Assembly (NCBI GenBank): GCA_963422395.1
Contig: OY729431.1
Location: forward strand, 1,984,001 to 2,048,000
Source: Vicinamibacteria bacterium
GTDB taxonomy: Bacteria > Acidobacteriota > Vicinamibacteria > Marinacidobacterales > Marinacidobacteraceae
DNA: 64,000 bases
Reading direction: 5' to 3'
Positions within the stretch are counted from its first letter, which is position 1; each line of letters begins with the position of its first letter. The notes under the pieces are model-generated. The model saw only the letters and a list, made by a program, of their open reading frames with translations. It did no database searches and was not told the origin of the DNA. Positions 20,448 to 30,295 of the stretch are shown one piece after another. A program made the position numbers and the translations under genes.

Positions 20448-20569
20448 TCTGTCCGGAAGCGCGACTTATGTAATGATTCCCCCCGGTTCTCGCTGCTCGG
20501 TCCGGCGTGTCGGCTGGAAGCCGGCGGCGAGTGTGGCAGACGATGCGGAAACCGCAACAGGACGGGATC

Positions 20570-21736
20570 ATGATGAATCACTCTTCTCTTCTCAGGCGGC
20601 GCTGGGCACAGCGCCTCGGCGGCGCCGCTCTTGCCGCCCTGTTCACGGCAGCCGCCGGCGCCAGCCCTGCGGAGACTCCGCCCGATCCGCCGATCCTGCA
20701 CTTCGAAGCGTCGGACGAGTACTCGTTCGCGGCGGCTCGGATCACGGTGGATGCCCGGCTGATGCCGGGCGCCGAACTGACCGTCAGCCTCACCTCCCCG
20801 TCCGGGAACCGGGAAGTGCTGACGATGAGCCGTGACGGGCATCGCCACACCTGGACCGGCCAACTCGGCGAGGTCGGAACCTGGCAGGCCGAGGCGGTCG
20901 TGGACGGTCCGAGCGGGTCCGGCTCCGAACGACTCACCGCGAGCGGATCGGTTTCTCTCCGGGCCGGCGAGCCGAGCTGTTCGGTTTCGGTGAGCGCCCC
21001 CGAAGTACCGACGCACTACCTCGACGCTCATATCGTCGTCGATACCTGTGAAGCGAGCGCCCAGACCGGTCAGATCGCCACCCGCTACGCCCGGGTGCTG
21101 CGAGACGGAGTGCAGGTCGCCACCCTCGATTCCACGAACACCTGCGAGCGCAGTTTCGTAGTGCCGGGAGGCGGCGACTACGAAGCCACTCTGGAAGTCG
21201 TGGACGACCGGGGTGTCTCCGGGAGCTGCACCAGCCCGGGCCTCGGAGTGGACGCACGCTACCCGCGCTTCTGGCCGACCTTGGACTTCGCTGCCGGCAC
21301 CTTCCGAACTTCACGGGCGGACATCGTCGATGGACCACGATCCGCCCTCGTGGGTGGATCCGGCGTCGGAATCATGATTCCGCATCATTCGGATGAGGAC
21401 CGCACCACCTCGTTCCACGCCCGGGCCGGCGGGGGCCGCGCCCACAACAACTGGCTGGGCTCGGCGGTGGACTTCTCGATCACTCGGCAGACCCCCGGCG
21501 GCTTCTTCGGCGCCGGCGCCGGGCTTTGGGGGATCGGTGACAACGACTTGATGGATGCGGGAATCTTCGGCACCGGCGGGTTCAACCTGCCCTACTACAC
21601 CCGCGCCGGCCCCGTGCAGATGCTCTTCGAGATCCGGGTCTTTGCGAGGCACATCACCGACTTCTCGCAGAACTACTCCGGCATGCTCGGCGTGCGTTAC
21701 AACTTCCGGCCCACCCACCTGATCCACACCCGTTAG
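20570..21736 (+). CDS. Secreted hypothetical protein with Ig/PKD-like domains and possible C-terminal beta-barrel
   Basis: Signal peptide-like N-terminus; GDYEATLEVVDDRG; amphipathic strands with GVRYNF near the C-terminus; start uncertain. Confidence 0.6.
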   Translation: MMNHSSLLRRRWAQRLGGAALAALFTAAAGASPAETPPDPPILHFEASDEYSFAAARITVDARLMPGAELTVSLTSPSGNREVLTMSRDGHRHTWTGQLGEVGTWQAEAVVDGPSGSGSERLTASGSVSLRAGEPSCSVSVSAPEVPTHYLDAHIVVDTCEASAQTGQIATRYARVLRDGVQVATLDSTNTCERSFVVPGGGDYEATLEVVDDRGVSGSCTSPGLGVDARYPRFWPTLDFAAGTFRTSRADIVDGPRSALVGGSGVGIMIPHHSDEDRTTSFHARAGGGRAHNNWLGSAVDFSITRQTPGGFFGAGAGLWGIGDNDLMDAGIFGTGGFNLPYYTRAGPVQMLFEIRVFARHITDFSQNYSGMLGVRYNFRPTHLIHTR

Positions 21737-21743
21737 CGGCCTC

Positions 21744-21765
21744 GTAGAGGGGCCTCCCCCTCTAC
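21744..21765. terminator. Possible terminator or stabilising hairpin
   Basis: GTAGAGGGG-CCTC-CCCCTCTAC, a perfect 9-bp stem just after the 21736 stop; no U-tract. Confidence 0.35.
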
Positions 21766-21805
21766 CCCTGTCGCTGCCGCGCTTCGCGCCGCTTCCTGGC
21801 ATCGC

Positions 21806-22072
21806 ATGCTTTCGCTACCGATGGCTCGCAGTCCGGCGCGGCGGGTCCTCGCACCGTTCGCGGGGGTCGTTCTGCTCCGGCTGCTTTCGGCCCTCGCTCC
21901 GGCAGAGCCGTTGCTCGCCGGGATTCCTCTCGGGCTCTGCCTCGAACTGGGCGTGGTAGCGGCTTCCACCTGGAGCCTGACGGCGATCATCCGGACGCTG
22001 CTCCCCCCCGCTTCACACGGGGCAGTGGGACCGGGGCCGGCGTCCGAGGCGAAAGACGGCGCGGATTCGTGA
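21806..22072 (+). CDS. Small 2-TM symporter accessory protein (DUF3311-like)
   Basis: Two hydrophobic segments with LAGIPLGL; GTGA overlap with the symporter. Confidence 0.55.
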   Translation: MLSLPMARSPARRVLAPFAGVVLLRLLSALAPAEPLLAGIPLGLCLELGVVAASTWSLTAIIRTLLPPASHGAVGPGPASEAKDGADS

Positions 22073-23667
22073 CCCTCGCGGTCGTCGGCCTCTATCTGGC
22101 CGCAGTCATCGGCATCGGACTCGCCGCCCGACTTCGGGAGGGACGGGGCCCCGCAGGTCCGAGCGGGGAAGGCCGAGGCGGAAACCGCGGCGGGGGAGAG
22201 AGGTATTTCCTCGCCGGGCGCTCCATCGGCCCCTTCGTGCTGTTGATGACCCTCTTCGGGACCAACATGACCGCCTTCACCATCCTGGGCGCCTCCGGCG
22301 AGGCACACCGTCAAGGAATCCGGGTGTTCGCGCTCATGGCGACGAGTTCGGCCATCGTGATCCCGATGACCTTCCTCTGGATCGGGGTGCCTCTCTGGCG
22401 GTTGGGGAAACGCCTCGGGTTCGTCACCCAGGCGGAGTTCTTCCGCGAGCGCTACGGCTCCAACGGGGTCGCGCTCCTCGTGCTCGGTGCTTCGCTGCTC
22501 TGGCTCGTCCCGTATGTCCTCATCGGGGTGAAGGGAGGAGGAGACGCACTCTCCGCGATCCTCGGACCTGCGTTCTCCCTCGCGCCCTGGGTCGGCAGTC
22601 TGCTGCTGTGCTTCGTGGTGCTGCTCTATGTGACGCTCGGCGGAATGCGAAGCACAGCAGTCGTCAACACTTTCCAGACCATCGTCTTCATCGGAGTGAG
22701 CGGGCTCGCCTTCGTCGTCATCACCGAAGGGCTGGGCGGCTTCTCCACGGCGATGGCCCGGCTCGAGGAACGAGCCCCGGAGCTGCTCGAACTGAGCCGT
22801 TCGGGGCGGGATTGGATCCAGATCGCCACCTACCTGTTCGTCCCGCTCTCGACTTCGTGCTTCCCTCACATCTTCAGCCACTGGATGTCGGCGCGGAGCG
22901 CGTCGGCCTTCCGGCTTCCGGTGCTGGCGTACCCGGCGTGCATCGCCGCGGTCTGGTTCCCCTGCGTGGTGTTGGGCGCGCTGGGGCGGCTCGAGGTGCC
23001 GCCGGGCGCCGCGGGACCGGTGCTCATCCTGCTCATCCGCGAGCACGCCGGCAGTCTGCTCGCCGGCTGTCTCGCTGCCGGGGTCTTCGCGGCGATCATG
23101 TCCTCGCTGGATTCGCAGACGCTCTCGGTCGGCACCATGCTGACCCGGGACGCCGCACTGCGCCTGCCCCGGTTCGCCGCCTGGACTGCCCGCCGGGAGG
23201 CACTCGTCGGACGCCTCTTCGTGGTCGCCTTCCTGGTCGTGGTGTTCGTGCTTTCTCTGGTTTCCACCCAGACCGTCTTCAGTCTGGGAGTCTGGGCGCT
23301 CTCCGGCTTCACCACTCTCTTTCCGGTGCTGGCGGCGGCGCTCTACTGGAAGCGGAGCACCGCCGCCGGCACCGTCGCCGCCATCCTGTCCGGGCTCGGG
23401 CTCTGGATCTTCTTCTTCATCGCTTCGGAGGGTGCTCCCGGCTGGACGATCGCCGGGAGCGGCGTCGAGCCGGCGGCGGCGATCGCGCTGGTATCGGCGA
23501 TCGCGCTCTTCGTCGTCTCACCCCTTACCCGACCCCCGGAAAAACACCGCGTGAACCGCTTCTTCCACCCCGACACCGACGCCGTGCTGTCCGATCTCCC
23601 CGACTCGGTGTCCAGCCAGCCCGCCGGACACACCGGCACTTCTTCTCGCACCGCTCCGGAATCTTGA
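22069..23667 (+). CDS. Sodium:solute symporter family protein
   Basis: YFLAGRSIGP, GGMRS, AAIMSSLDSQ, ALYWKRST; about 13 TM segments. Confidence 0.93.
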   Translation: MTLAVVGLYLAAVIGIGLAARLREGRGPAGPSGEGRGGNRGGGERYFLAGRSIGPFVLLMTLFGTNMTAFTILGASGEAHRQGIRVFALMATSSAIVIPMTFLWIGVPLWRLGKRLGFVTQAEFFRERYGSNGVALLVLGASLLWLVPYVLIGVKGGGDALSAILGPAFSLAPWVGSLLLCFVVLLYVTLGGMRSTAVVNTFQTIVFIGVSGLAFVVITEGLGGFSTAMARLEERAPELLELSRSGRDWIQIATYLFVPLSTSCFPHIFSHWMSARSASAFRLPVLAYPACIAAVWFPCVVLGALGRLEVPPGAAGPVLILLIREHAGSLLAGCLAAGVFAAIMSSLDSQTLSVGTMLTRDAALRLPRFAAWTARREALVGRLFVVAFLVVVFVLSLVSTQTVFSLGVWALSGFTTLFPVLAAALYWKRSTAAGTVAAILSGLGLWIFFFIASEGAPGWTIAGSGVEPAAAIALVSAIALFVVSPLTRPPEKHRVNRFFHPDTDAVLSDLPDSVSSQPAGHTGTSSRTAPES

Positions 23668-23718
23668 CCACCGGGCCCCACGGATGCAGAATCGCGGTGT
23701 CGGAGCGACAGACGGAAG

Positions 23719-24225
23719 ATGCCCCTCAGCGCAGCACCCGCGGCGGCCCGGTGGGCTCAGGCGATCCGGGAGGCCGACGAACTCTCGGAGATCTATAGCG
23801 TGGCTCCGATCCCGGTCGTGGAGATCGCCGAGCGTAACGGCGTCGAAGTGGTTCTCGCGGCCTTCGGAAAGAACCGAGATCGGGTGGCTGGAATCTGTGA
23901 TTTCCGCAAGGCGAAGATCTTCGTGAATGTTGCGGACATCCCGGTTCGCCGGAGGTTTACCACTGCACACGAACTCGGGCACTGGATGCTTCACAGCGAC
24001 ATCTATAAGACCGATCCGGACCAATATCGATTTCTCCCCAGGTTCCAGCACACGGACAGACATGGGCCGCTCGAACAGGAGGCGAACGCCTTCGCGGCGA
24101 GTATCCTCGTTCCGTCACGCCTCTTGAAAGAGGTGGTCGGCGCAGCGCCAGTTTCCGAACTCGCGGACATCTTCCGGGTATCGAGGACGATGATGGAATA
24201 CCGGATCCAGAATGTCCGCCGGTGA
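23719..24225 (+). CDS. ImmA/IrrE-family metallopeptidase
   Basis: RRRFTTAHELGH (HEXXH) and EQEANAFAASILVP. Confidence 0.9.
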   Translation: MPLSAAPAAARWAQAIREADELSEIYSVAPIPVVEIAERNGVEVVLAAFGKNRDRVAGICDFRKAKIFVNVADIPVRRRFTTAHELGHWMLHSDIYKTDPDQYRFLPRFQHTDRHGPLEQEANAFAASILVPSRLLKEVVGAAPVSELADIFRVSRTMMEYRIQNVRR

Positions 24226-24535
24226 ACCAGCCGACGCTCTGAACGCCGGGGCTCCCGACCCGGGAATCCTGGAGGACCTGAAGCCGGTCACGGAGCCTGA
24301 ACGGAGAGAGAAAAGAAGGTCGGAGCGGATGAGTCCCGATTCGCCGGGCTGCGGGATCACACGAAGCAGAAGGAGACATGGTCCAACCTGCTCCGCTGGA
24401 TCCTGGGGATTTCCTTCGTCTTGCAAATCCTCGTGCTGAGCGCGGTATTCGTGTTCGAGCAGGAGGTGGACGACTGGACGGCGCGGGGAGTTCTGCTTCA
24501 GTTCACCGCCATGTTCCCGGTATCTCTTCAAATAG
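24212..24535 (+). pseudogene. Disrupted small membrane protein downstream of ImmA
   Basis: Three frames join into ...EPERR / KKVGADESRFAGLRDH..WSNLLRWILGISFVLQILVLSAVFVF..VLLQF / RYLFK*. Confidence 0.5.
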
Positions 24536-24641
24536 CCGGGCCGCGTCCGATGGAAACCCGTTCTACCCGCGGCTCGGGTGCAGCATTCCGGATTCGGCGG
24601 GCGCAGGCTCGTTCCCTCCGGGAAATAAGGGGAATTCCCTA

Positions 24642-25721
24642 GTGTTCCGGAGTCGAATCGCCTTCGTGGCGTTGCCCGCGTTCGCCGCAAGCATGCCGCT
24701 GACGGGGCGAGAACTGCAGCCGCATCTCCGGGAGACGGTGATCCACACCTTCTCGATCGCCGCGGTGGATCCCGACACCGGCGAATCGGGAGTCGCGGTC
24801 ACTACCCGGAACCCCTGCGTCGGCAACGGAGTGCCCTGGGTCCGCGCCGGGGTCGGCGCGGTGGCTACCCAGGCCCGCACCCGCACCGAGTACGGTGAGG
24901 AGCTCCTGAGCCGCCTCGCAGCGGGGATGTCCCCGGAGGAAGCGCTTCGAGACCGCCTCGCCCAGGACGAGAGCAGCGCCCACCGCCAGATCGGCGTGGC
25001 CGCGGTCGCTGGCGGCACCGCCCAGCACACCGGATCGGAGGCCAGCGACTGGGCGGGACACCGCGCAGGTCCGGACTACGCGGCGCAGGGGAACCTGCTC
25101 GTCGGTCCGGAGGTGGTGGATGCAGTGGCCGAGGACTTCGAGCGCACCCGCGGGAGCGGCCTGTCGCTCGCCGACCGGCTGGTGTCGGCTCTCGAAGCCG
25201 GCCAGTCGGCTGGCGGAGACGCCCGCCGCGGCCGCCGTCAATCCGCCGCGGTGCTGGTGGCGGACCCCCGCGAGGGCGGCTCGCGCCGGACCGACGGCAT
25301 CTCCACCCATATCAATGTGTGCGAACACGAAACGCCGGTGGCCGAGCTGCGCCGCATCCACGACGCGGTCAGCCAGAAGCTCGGTTACCGGACGCTCGAA
25401 GTCTTCACCGGGAGCGATGTCGTCCAGCTGCGCGTCCTGCTCACTGCCGCCGGGTGCGCGGGTTCCGCGGGCCGGGCGGCGCTCGTGGCGGAAGACGCCC
25501 CGCTCGACCGGCCGGAACTCCGCCGCTTCGACGAAGCCCTGGCCGGCGCGGTGGACGCCTGCCGCGAAGCACTCGGGCTCTCGACTCCCGAAAGCGGCGG
25601 CTCTCCTCCTGGACTCGCCGACCCGGAGCTGGTGGGCCGGCTCTGGGAGCGAGTCGAGGCGGCGGGACAGGGAAACGCCGTCCGCCGCCGCCTCGCGCCC
25701 CTTTCGAGGATCACCCGGTGA
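24642..25721 (+). CDS. DUF1028 (Ntn-hydrolase-like) protein
   Basis: [37 protein letters not shown]; probable signal peptide from GTG 24642. Confidence 0.85.
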   Translation: MFRSRIAFVALPAFAASMPLTGRELQPHLRETVIHTFSIAAVDPDTGESGVAVTTRNPCVGNGVPWVRAGVGAVATQARTRTEYGEELLSRLAAGMSPEEALRDRLAQDESSAHRQIGVAAVAGGTAQHTGSEASDWAGHRAGPDYAAQGNLLVGPEVVDAVAEDFERTRGSGLSLADRLVSALEAGQSAGGDARRGRRQSAAVLVADPREGGSRRTDGISTHINVCEHETPVAELRRIHDAVSQKLGYRTLEVFTGSDVVQLRVLLTAAGCAGSAGRAALVAEDAPLDRPELRRFDEALAGAVDACREALGLSTPESGGSPPGLADPELVGRLWERVEAAGQGNAVRRRLAPLSRITR

Positions 25722-25758
25722 GCCAGGGCTCCCGGCCGCCGCCGGCGGGCGATTCCTG

Positions 25759-26841
25759 ATGCCGCAGACCGCCGCCGGGCGCCCGGTCCGGATAGACCTG
25801 CGCAGCGACACCGTCTCTCTCCCGACGCCGGAGATGCGGGCGGTCATCGCTGCCGCCGAAGTCGGCGACGATGTGTACGGGGACGATCCGACGGTCCGCC
25901 GGCTCGAGGAGCGAACCGCGGAACTGCTCGGCAAGGACGCCGCGGTGTTCACTCCCACGGGCACCATGAGCAACCAGATCGCCATCCGGTGCCAGACGGA
26001 ACCGGGCGACCTCGTCCTCGCCGAGCGCCACGCCCACGCCTACCTCGTCGAAAGCGGTGGACCCGCAGCGCTTTCCGGCGCGACCGTCGTCGGCCTTCCG
26101 GGGATCCGCGGGGTGTTTTCCGCCGCGCAGGTGCAGGACGCGGTGCGCACTCCGCACCCCATGGTTCCCGAAGCGTGTTATCCGGCGGCGCGGCTCCTCG
26201 CCGCCGAGAACACCCACAACTTCGCCGGCGGCGCGGTCTGGCCGCTTTCCGCGCTTCGGGAAACGGCGGCAGCCGCCCGCGCCCTCGGCCTTCGAACGCA
26301 CCTCGACGGCGCCCGGCTCTGGCACGCTTCGACAGCCACGGGAATTCCCGAAAAACGCTACGCCGAGAAGTTCGACACCGTGAGCGTGTGCTTCTCCAAG
26401 GGCCTCGGTGCCCCGATGGGCTCCTGCCTCGCCGGCGACGGGCCGCTGATCCGCCGGGCACGCCGTTTCCGCCAGCTCTTCGGCGGTGGTTTCCGCCAGG
26501 CGGGCCTCATGGCGGCGGGGGCGCTCTACGCCCTCGAAAACCACCGGGAGCGGCTCGCCGACGACCACCGCCGGGCCCGCTTGCTCGCCGACGGGCTGGC
26601 GTGCCTGCCGGGCATCGTCCTGGATCCGGAGGAGGTGGAGACGAACATCGTGCGCTTCCGCACCTCCGGAGTGGACGCCTTTTCGCTTGCCGAAAGGCTC
26701 CTCGACCGCGGGGTGGCCGTCCTCCCCGGTTCTCGAAGCGGGATGCGGGTGATCCCTCACCTCGGGATCCGGGACGAGGAGGTGGCAGAAGCCCTGGCCG
26801 CTTTCCGCGAGGTTCTCGCCCCGGTCTCCGCCCCCGGGTAA
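25759..26841 (+). CDS. ltaE: Low-specificity L-threonine aldolase
   Basis: [40 protein letters not shown]. Confidence 0.93.
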   Translation: MPQTAAGRPVRIDLRSDTVSLPTPEMRAVIAAAEVGDDVYGDDPTVRRLEERTAELLGKDAAVFTPTGTMSNQIAIRCQTEPGDLVLAERHAHAYLVESGGPAALSGATVVGLPGIRGVFSAAQVQDAVRTPHPMVPEACYPAARLLAAENTHNFAGGAVWPLSALRETAAAARALGLRTHLDGARLWHASTATGIPEKRYAEKFDTVSVCFSKGLGAPMGSCLAGDGPLIRRARRFRQLFGGGFRQAGLMAAGALYALENHRERLADDHRRARLLADGLACLPGIVLDPEEVETNIVRFRTSGVDAFSLAERLLDRGVAVLPGSRSGMRVIPHLGIRDEEVAEALAAFREVLAPVSAPG

Positions 26842-26975
26842 CGGCCCGGTGACGGTCTGAAGTCGGGAAACCGACGGCGCCCGGTCGCATCCGTCGGTTC
26901 GGGGAACCTTCGGTCCCGGGCCGCTCGGTTCGAGGGGTGGACTTCAGCTCGGGACCGGTCGCGGTTCCCGTGCTT

Positions 26976-27169
26976 TAGCAGCCTGTGGACAAAGTCACAC
27001 GGCCAAAGGCCGGCGATGCCCAGTTCTCCCGGTGGGGGCCCCGCCTGAACCGCTTCGCTCGGCGTTGCGATTCCGTCGGAATACTCCCGGTATGCCTCCC
27101 GAATCGCGCCTTGTCAGCCGGGCGCCTCCCCGACCTTGGGGCTCGCGCCACTTCATCACAGGATGCTAG
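26976..27169. mobile_element. MITE-like element with imperfect terminal inverted repeats
   Basis: TAGCAGCCTGTGGACAAAGT ... ACTTCATCACAGGATGCTAG; related partial copy at 56966. Confidence 0.7.
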
Positions 27170-27936
27170 TCCACCGCCGGAGGGTCCGTCGCAACGCCTT
27201 CGGCGACGAGTTCCTCGACGAGCAGCTCGCAATCGTCATCGGCGAGCCAGGCGAGCACCTTCGCGCGGACGCCGCCGCCCATTCTGAGGTCGGGAGCACG
27301 CTGACGGAGGAGGTCGATGATCTGCGGGAAACAATCGCCGAGCGGCGGGCCGTCGGTGAAGTCGTGGAGAGCGCCGCCTCCGGCAGCTGCCCAGAGGGCA
27401 TTGAGACCCCCCATCTCGGCGCGAGGATCGGCACCCCGGTCGAGCAGTATGCGCACGGTATCCGCCATTCCATAGCCCGCGGCCATGATCAGCGGAGTGA
27501 TGCCGCTGCTGCCCGGCCGGTTCCCATCCGCTCCCCGCCCGAGGAGCAGAGAGATCCCCTCCCGATTCCGCAGGTGGATGGCGTGCAGCAGGGGAGTCCA
27601 GCCACCCCGCTCGTCGCGCTGCTCGATGTCCGCTCCGGCATCGAGCAGCGCGAGCAGTATGGCGGAATCCCGATGGCGGGCAGCAACATGGAGCGAGCCC
27701 AGGCCCGAGCCGGCGATAGCGTTCGGGTCCGCGTCCGCGTGTTCGAGCAGAGCCCGGACCTCATCGAGATCGCCCGCGGCCACCGCCGCACTCAGCGCGG
27801 TGTCCTCCATCCGCTCGCTGCAGGCGGCGAACAGGAGCGCGAGCCCCGCGGTTCGAACTGCGGCGAGCCGTCGGGGGCGCTGACTACGAACCGGTTGGCG
27901 GCGAACCGGTGCTGGCTGCAACAGACGAGACCACAT
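27166..27936 (-). CDS. Ankyrin-repeat lipoprotein
   Basis: Lipobox LFAAC; repeats [28 protein letters not shown]; start uncertain. Confidence 0.88.
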   Translation of the reverse strand: MWSRLLQPAPVRRQPVRSQRPRRLAAVRTAGLALLFAACSERMEDTALSAAVAAGDLDEVRALLEHADADPNAIAGSGLGSLHVAARHRDSAILLALLDAGADIEQRDERGGWTPLLHAIHLRNREGISLLLGRGADGNRPGSSGITPLIMAAGYGMADTVRILLDRGADPRAEMGGLNALWAAAGGGALHDFTDGPPLGDCFPQIIDLLRQRAPDLRMGGGVRAKVLAWLADDDCELLVEELVAEGVATDPPAVD

Positions 27937-28054
27937 GCGGCGGAAACCTCGCGAAGATCCTCTACCTCTCGAACGAAGAGTTGGCATCGCGGGTTCTCGG
28001 ATCGCTTGCGGGGCGCCGGCTGGGGGCGGGGCCCATGCTACCTTCCGCCGCTTC

Positions 28055-30094
28055 TTGCCGACTCCGCCCACCCCCGAACGCCCCCTCGGACGCCCCTTCG
28101 ACGCAGGGGACGCCGCTGCGATCGCCGCGCTCCGAGGGCTGGCCATCGACGCCGTGGAGCGGGCGAATTCGGGCCATCCGGGACTTCCGCTGGGGGCCGC
28201 GCCGATGGCGTGGGTTCTCTGGAGCCGTTATCTGCGTATCTGCCCGCAGGATCCCGGCTGGCCGGACCGCGACCGCTTCGTGCTCTCGGCGGGCCATGGC
28301 TCGATGCTGCTCTACGGCCTGCTGCACCTCTTCGGCTATCCGCTGGATATCGATGACCTCCGCTGTTTTCGACAGTGGGGAAGCCGGACCCCGGGGCACC
28401 CCGAAACTCTCGCCACCCCAGGGGTGGAAGCGACCACCGGACCGCTCGGGCAGGGCGCCGGCAATTCGGTGGGCATGGCGATCGCCGAGCGAGCACTGCG
28501 GGCGCGCTTTCCCGAGCTCGTGGACCACCGGATCTTCGCCCTGGTGTCCGACGGCGACCTCATGGAGGGAGTCGCCTGCGAGGCGGCCTCGCTCGCCGGC
28601 CAGCTCGGGCTCTCCCGCCTGGTCTGGCTCTACGACCGGAACGGCGTCACCCTCGACGGCCCCGCGTCGCTCTCCTTCTCCGTCGAGGACGTCGAGGCGC
28701 GGCACCGCGCCCTCGGCTGGCAGGTGGAAACCGTTCCCGACGGCGACCACGATCTCGCTCGCCTGGACGCCGCGCTCGCCGCCGCGGTGGCGGAACCGGA
28801 GCGTCCCTCGCTCATCGTGGTGAAGACGACGATCGGCTACGGAGCACCCACGAAAGCCGGGAAGTCCGCAGCGCACGGCGCCCCACTCGGAGCGTCCGAA
28901 GCCGCCGCGACGAAGCGGGCGCTCGGTCTCGCTCCGGAGGCCGCCTTCGCGGTGCCGGAGGCCGTCCGCGAGCGCTGCGCCGCTCGGGCGGAGGAAGGCG
29001 AGCGAGAGCGCCGGGCGTGGCTCACCGCGCTCGAAAGGGTCCGCGAAACGGCGCCCGAGCGGGCGGCCGAGTTCGAGCGTCGGCTGCGGAACGAACTGCC
29101 CGACGGCTGGGACCGGGCCCTTCCGGCGTTCCGAAGCGGCGAGCGGCTCGCCACTCGGGAGGCCTCCGGAAGGACGATGAACGCAGTGGCAGCGGCGGTT
29201 CCGGAGTTCTTCGGCGGAGACGCCGATCTCTCCTCCTCGACGAAGACCGCCCTCGCCGGACTCGGCTCGCAGGCCGCGGACGAGCCGGGCGGTCGGAATC
29301 TCCACTACGGCGTGCGGGAGCACGCGATGGGGGCGGCGGCGAACGGAATCGCCTACCACGGGGGCTTCCGCACCTTTGCCGCCACCTTCTTCTGTTTCGC
29401 CGACTACATGCGCCCGTCGGTCCGGCTGGCCGCTCTCTCCGGCCTGCCGGTCATCTATGTCTGGACCCACGATTCGGTGGGCGTCGGGGAAGACGGCCCG
29501 ACCCACCAGCCCGTCGAACACCTCATGTCCCTTCGGGCGATGCCGAACCTGCATGTGGTCCGCCCCGCCGACGCCAACGAGACGGTGGAGGCCTGGCGCC
29601 ACGCGCTCGGGAGAACCGAGGGTCCGACGGCTCTGGTGCTGACCCGGCAAAAACTCCCGGTGCTCACCGACCCGCAGCTGGCGGCCGGCCTCCATCGCGG
29701 CGGATACATCCTGCGCGCCGCCGGAGCACACCCCGACGCGGTGTTGATCGCCACCGGATCCGAGGTGGCGATCGCGCTCGAGGCCGCGGGGGCCGCTGCC
29801 GATTGGGGCGCCGCGGTGCAGGTGGTGTCGCTCCCCTGCTGGGAGCTCTTCGCCGAACAGACCGCCGAATACCGGCGGCGCGTGTTGCCCCCGCGCGTCC
29901 CCCGGATCGCGGTCGAAGCGGGGGTCACGCTGGGTTGGGAGCGCCAGGTGGGCGAAGGGCCGGTGGTGGGACTGGACCGCTTCGGCGCCTCCGCGCCCGG
30001 CCCCGAGGCCGCCCGGCGGCTCGGGCTCACCGCGGAGCGAGTGGTCGAAGTGCTGCGCCGAGAACTCGGCACGGCGGCGATCCTCTCCGACTGA
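28055..30094 (+). CDS. tkt: Transketolase
   Basis: [54 protein letters not shown]; start uncertain. Confidence 0.97.
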   Translation: MPTPPTPERPLGRPFDAGDAAAIAALRGLAIDAVERANSGHPGLPLGAAPMAWVLWSRYLRICPQDPGWPDRDRFVLSAGHGSMLLYGLLHLFGYPLDIDDLRCFRQWGSRTPGHPETLATPGVEATTGPLGQGAGNSVGMAIAERALRARFPELVDHRIFALVSDGDLMEGVACEAASLAGQLGLSRLVWLYDRNGVTLDGPASLSFSVEDVEARHRALGWQVETVPDGDHDLARLDAALAAAVAEPERPSLIVVKTTIGYGAPTKAGKSAAHGAPLGASEAAATKRALGLAPEAAFAVPEAVRERCAARAEEGERERRAWLTALERVRETAPERAAEFERRLRNELPDGWDRALPAFRSGERLATREASGRTMNAVAAAVPEFFGGDADLSSSTKTALAGLGSQAADEPGGRNLHYGVREHAMGAAANGIAYHGGFRTFAATFFCFADYMRPSVRLAALSGLPVIYVWTHDSVGVGEDGPTHQPVEHLMSLRAMPNLHVVRPADANETVEAWRHALGRTEGPTALVLTRQKLPVLTDPQLAAGLHRGGYILRAAGAHPDAVLIATGSEVAIALEAAGAAADWGAAVQVVSLPCWELFAEQTAEYRRRVLPPRVPRIAVEAGVTLGWERQVGEGPVVGLDRFGASAPGPEAARRLGLTAERVVEVLRRELGTAAILSD

Positions 30095-30295
30095 AGCCCT
30101 CTCCGACGGAATACCGCCGATGGCCGGACGCCGCCGCCGCTGTCCAGTCCACTGATGCCGGGGCACGGTCACCGCCGCCGGTGAAGCCCGCCTCCTCCGC
30201 TCGAGGCGGCGGAGTCGAGCTTCGGGTCAGCGTTTTCGACCGCCGAGGCCCGACCGGATGGGGCCTAGAATGCGGGGCGGCCCCTCCAGGAGACC

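Noticed and set aside
19730-30295. tRNA, riboswitch or att site in intergenic gaps
   Set aside because: No cloverleaf, known riboswitch consensus or integrase recognised by eye; an Infernal/tRNAscan run would be needed to exclude them.
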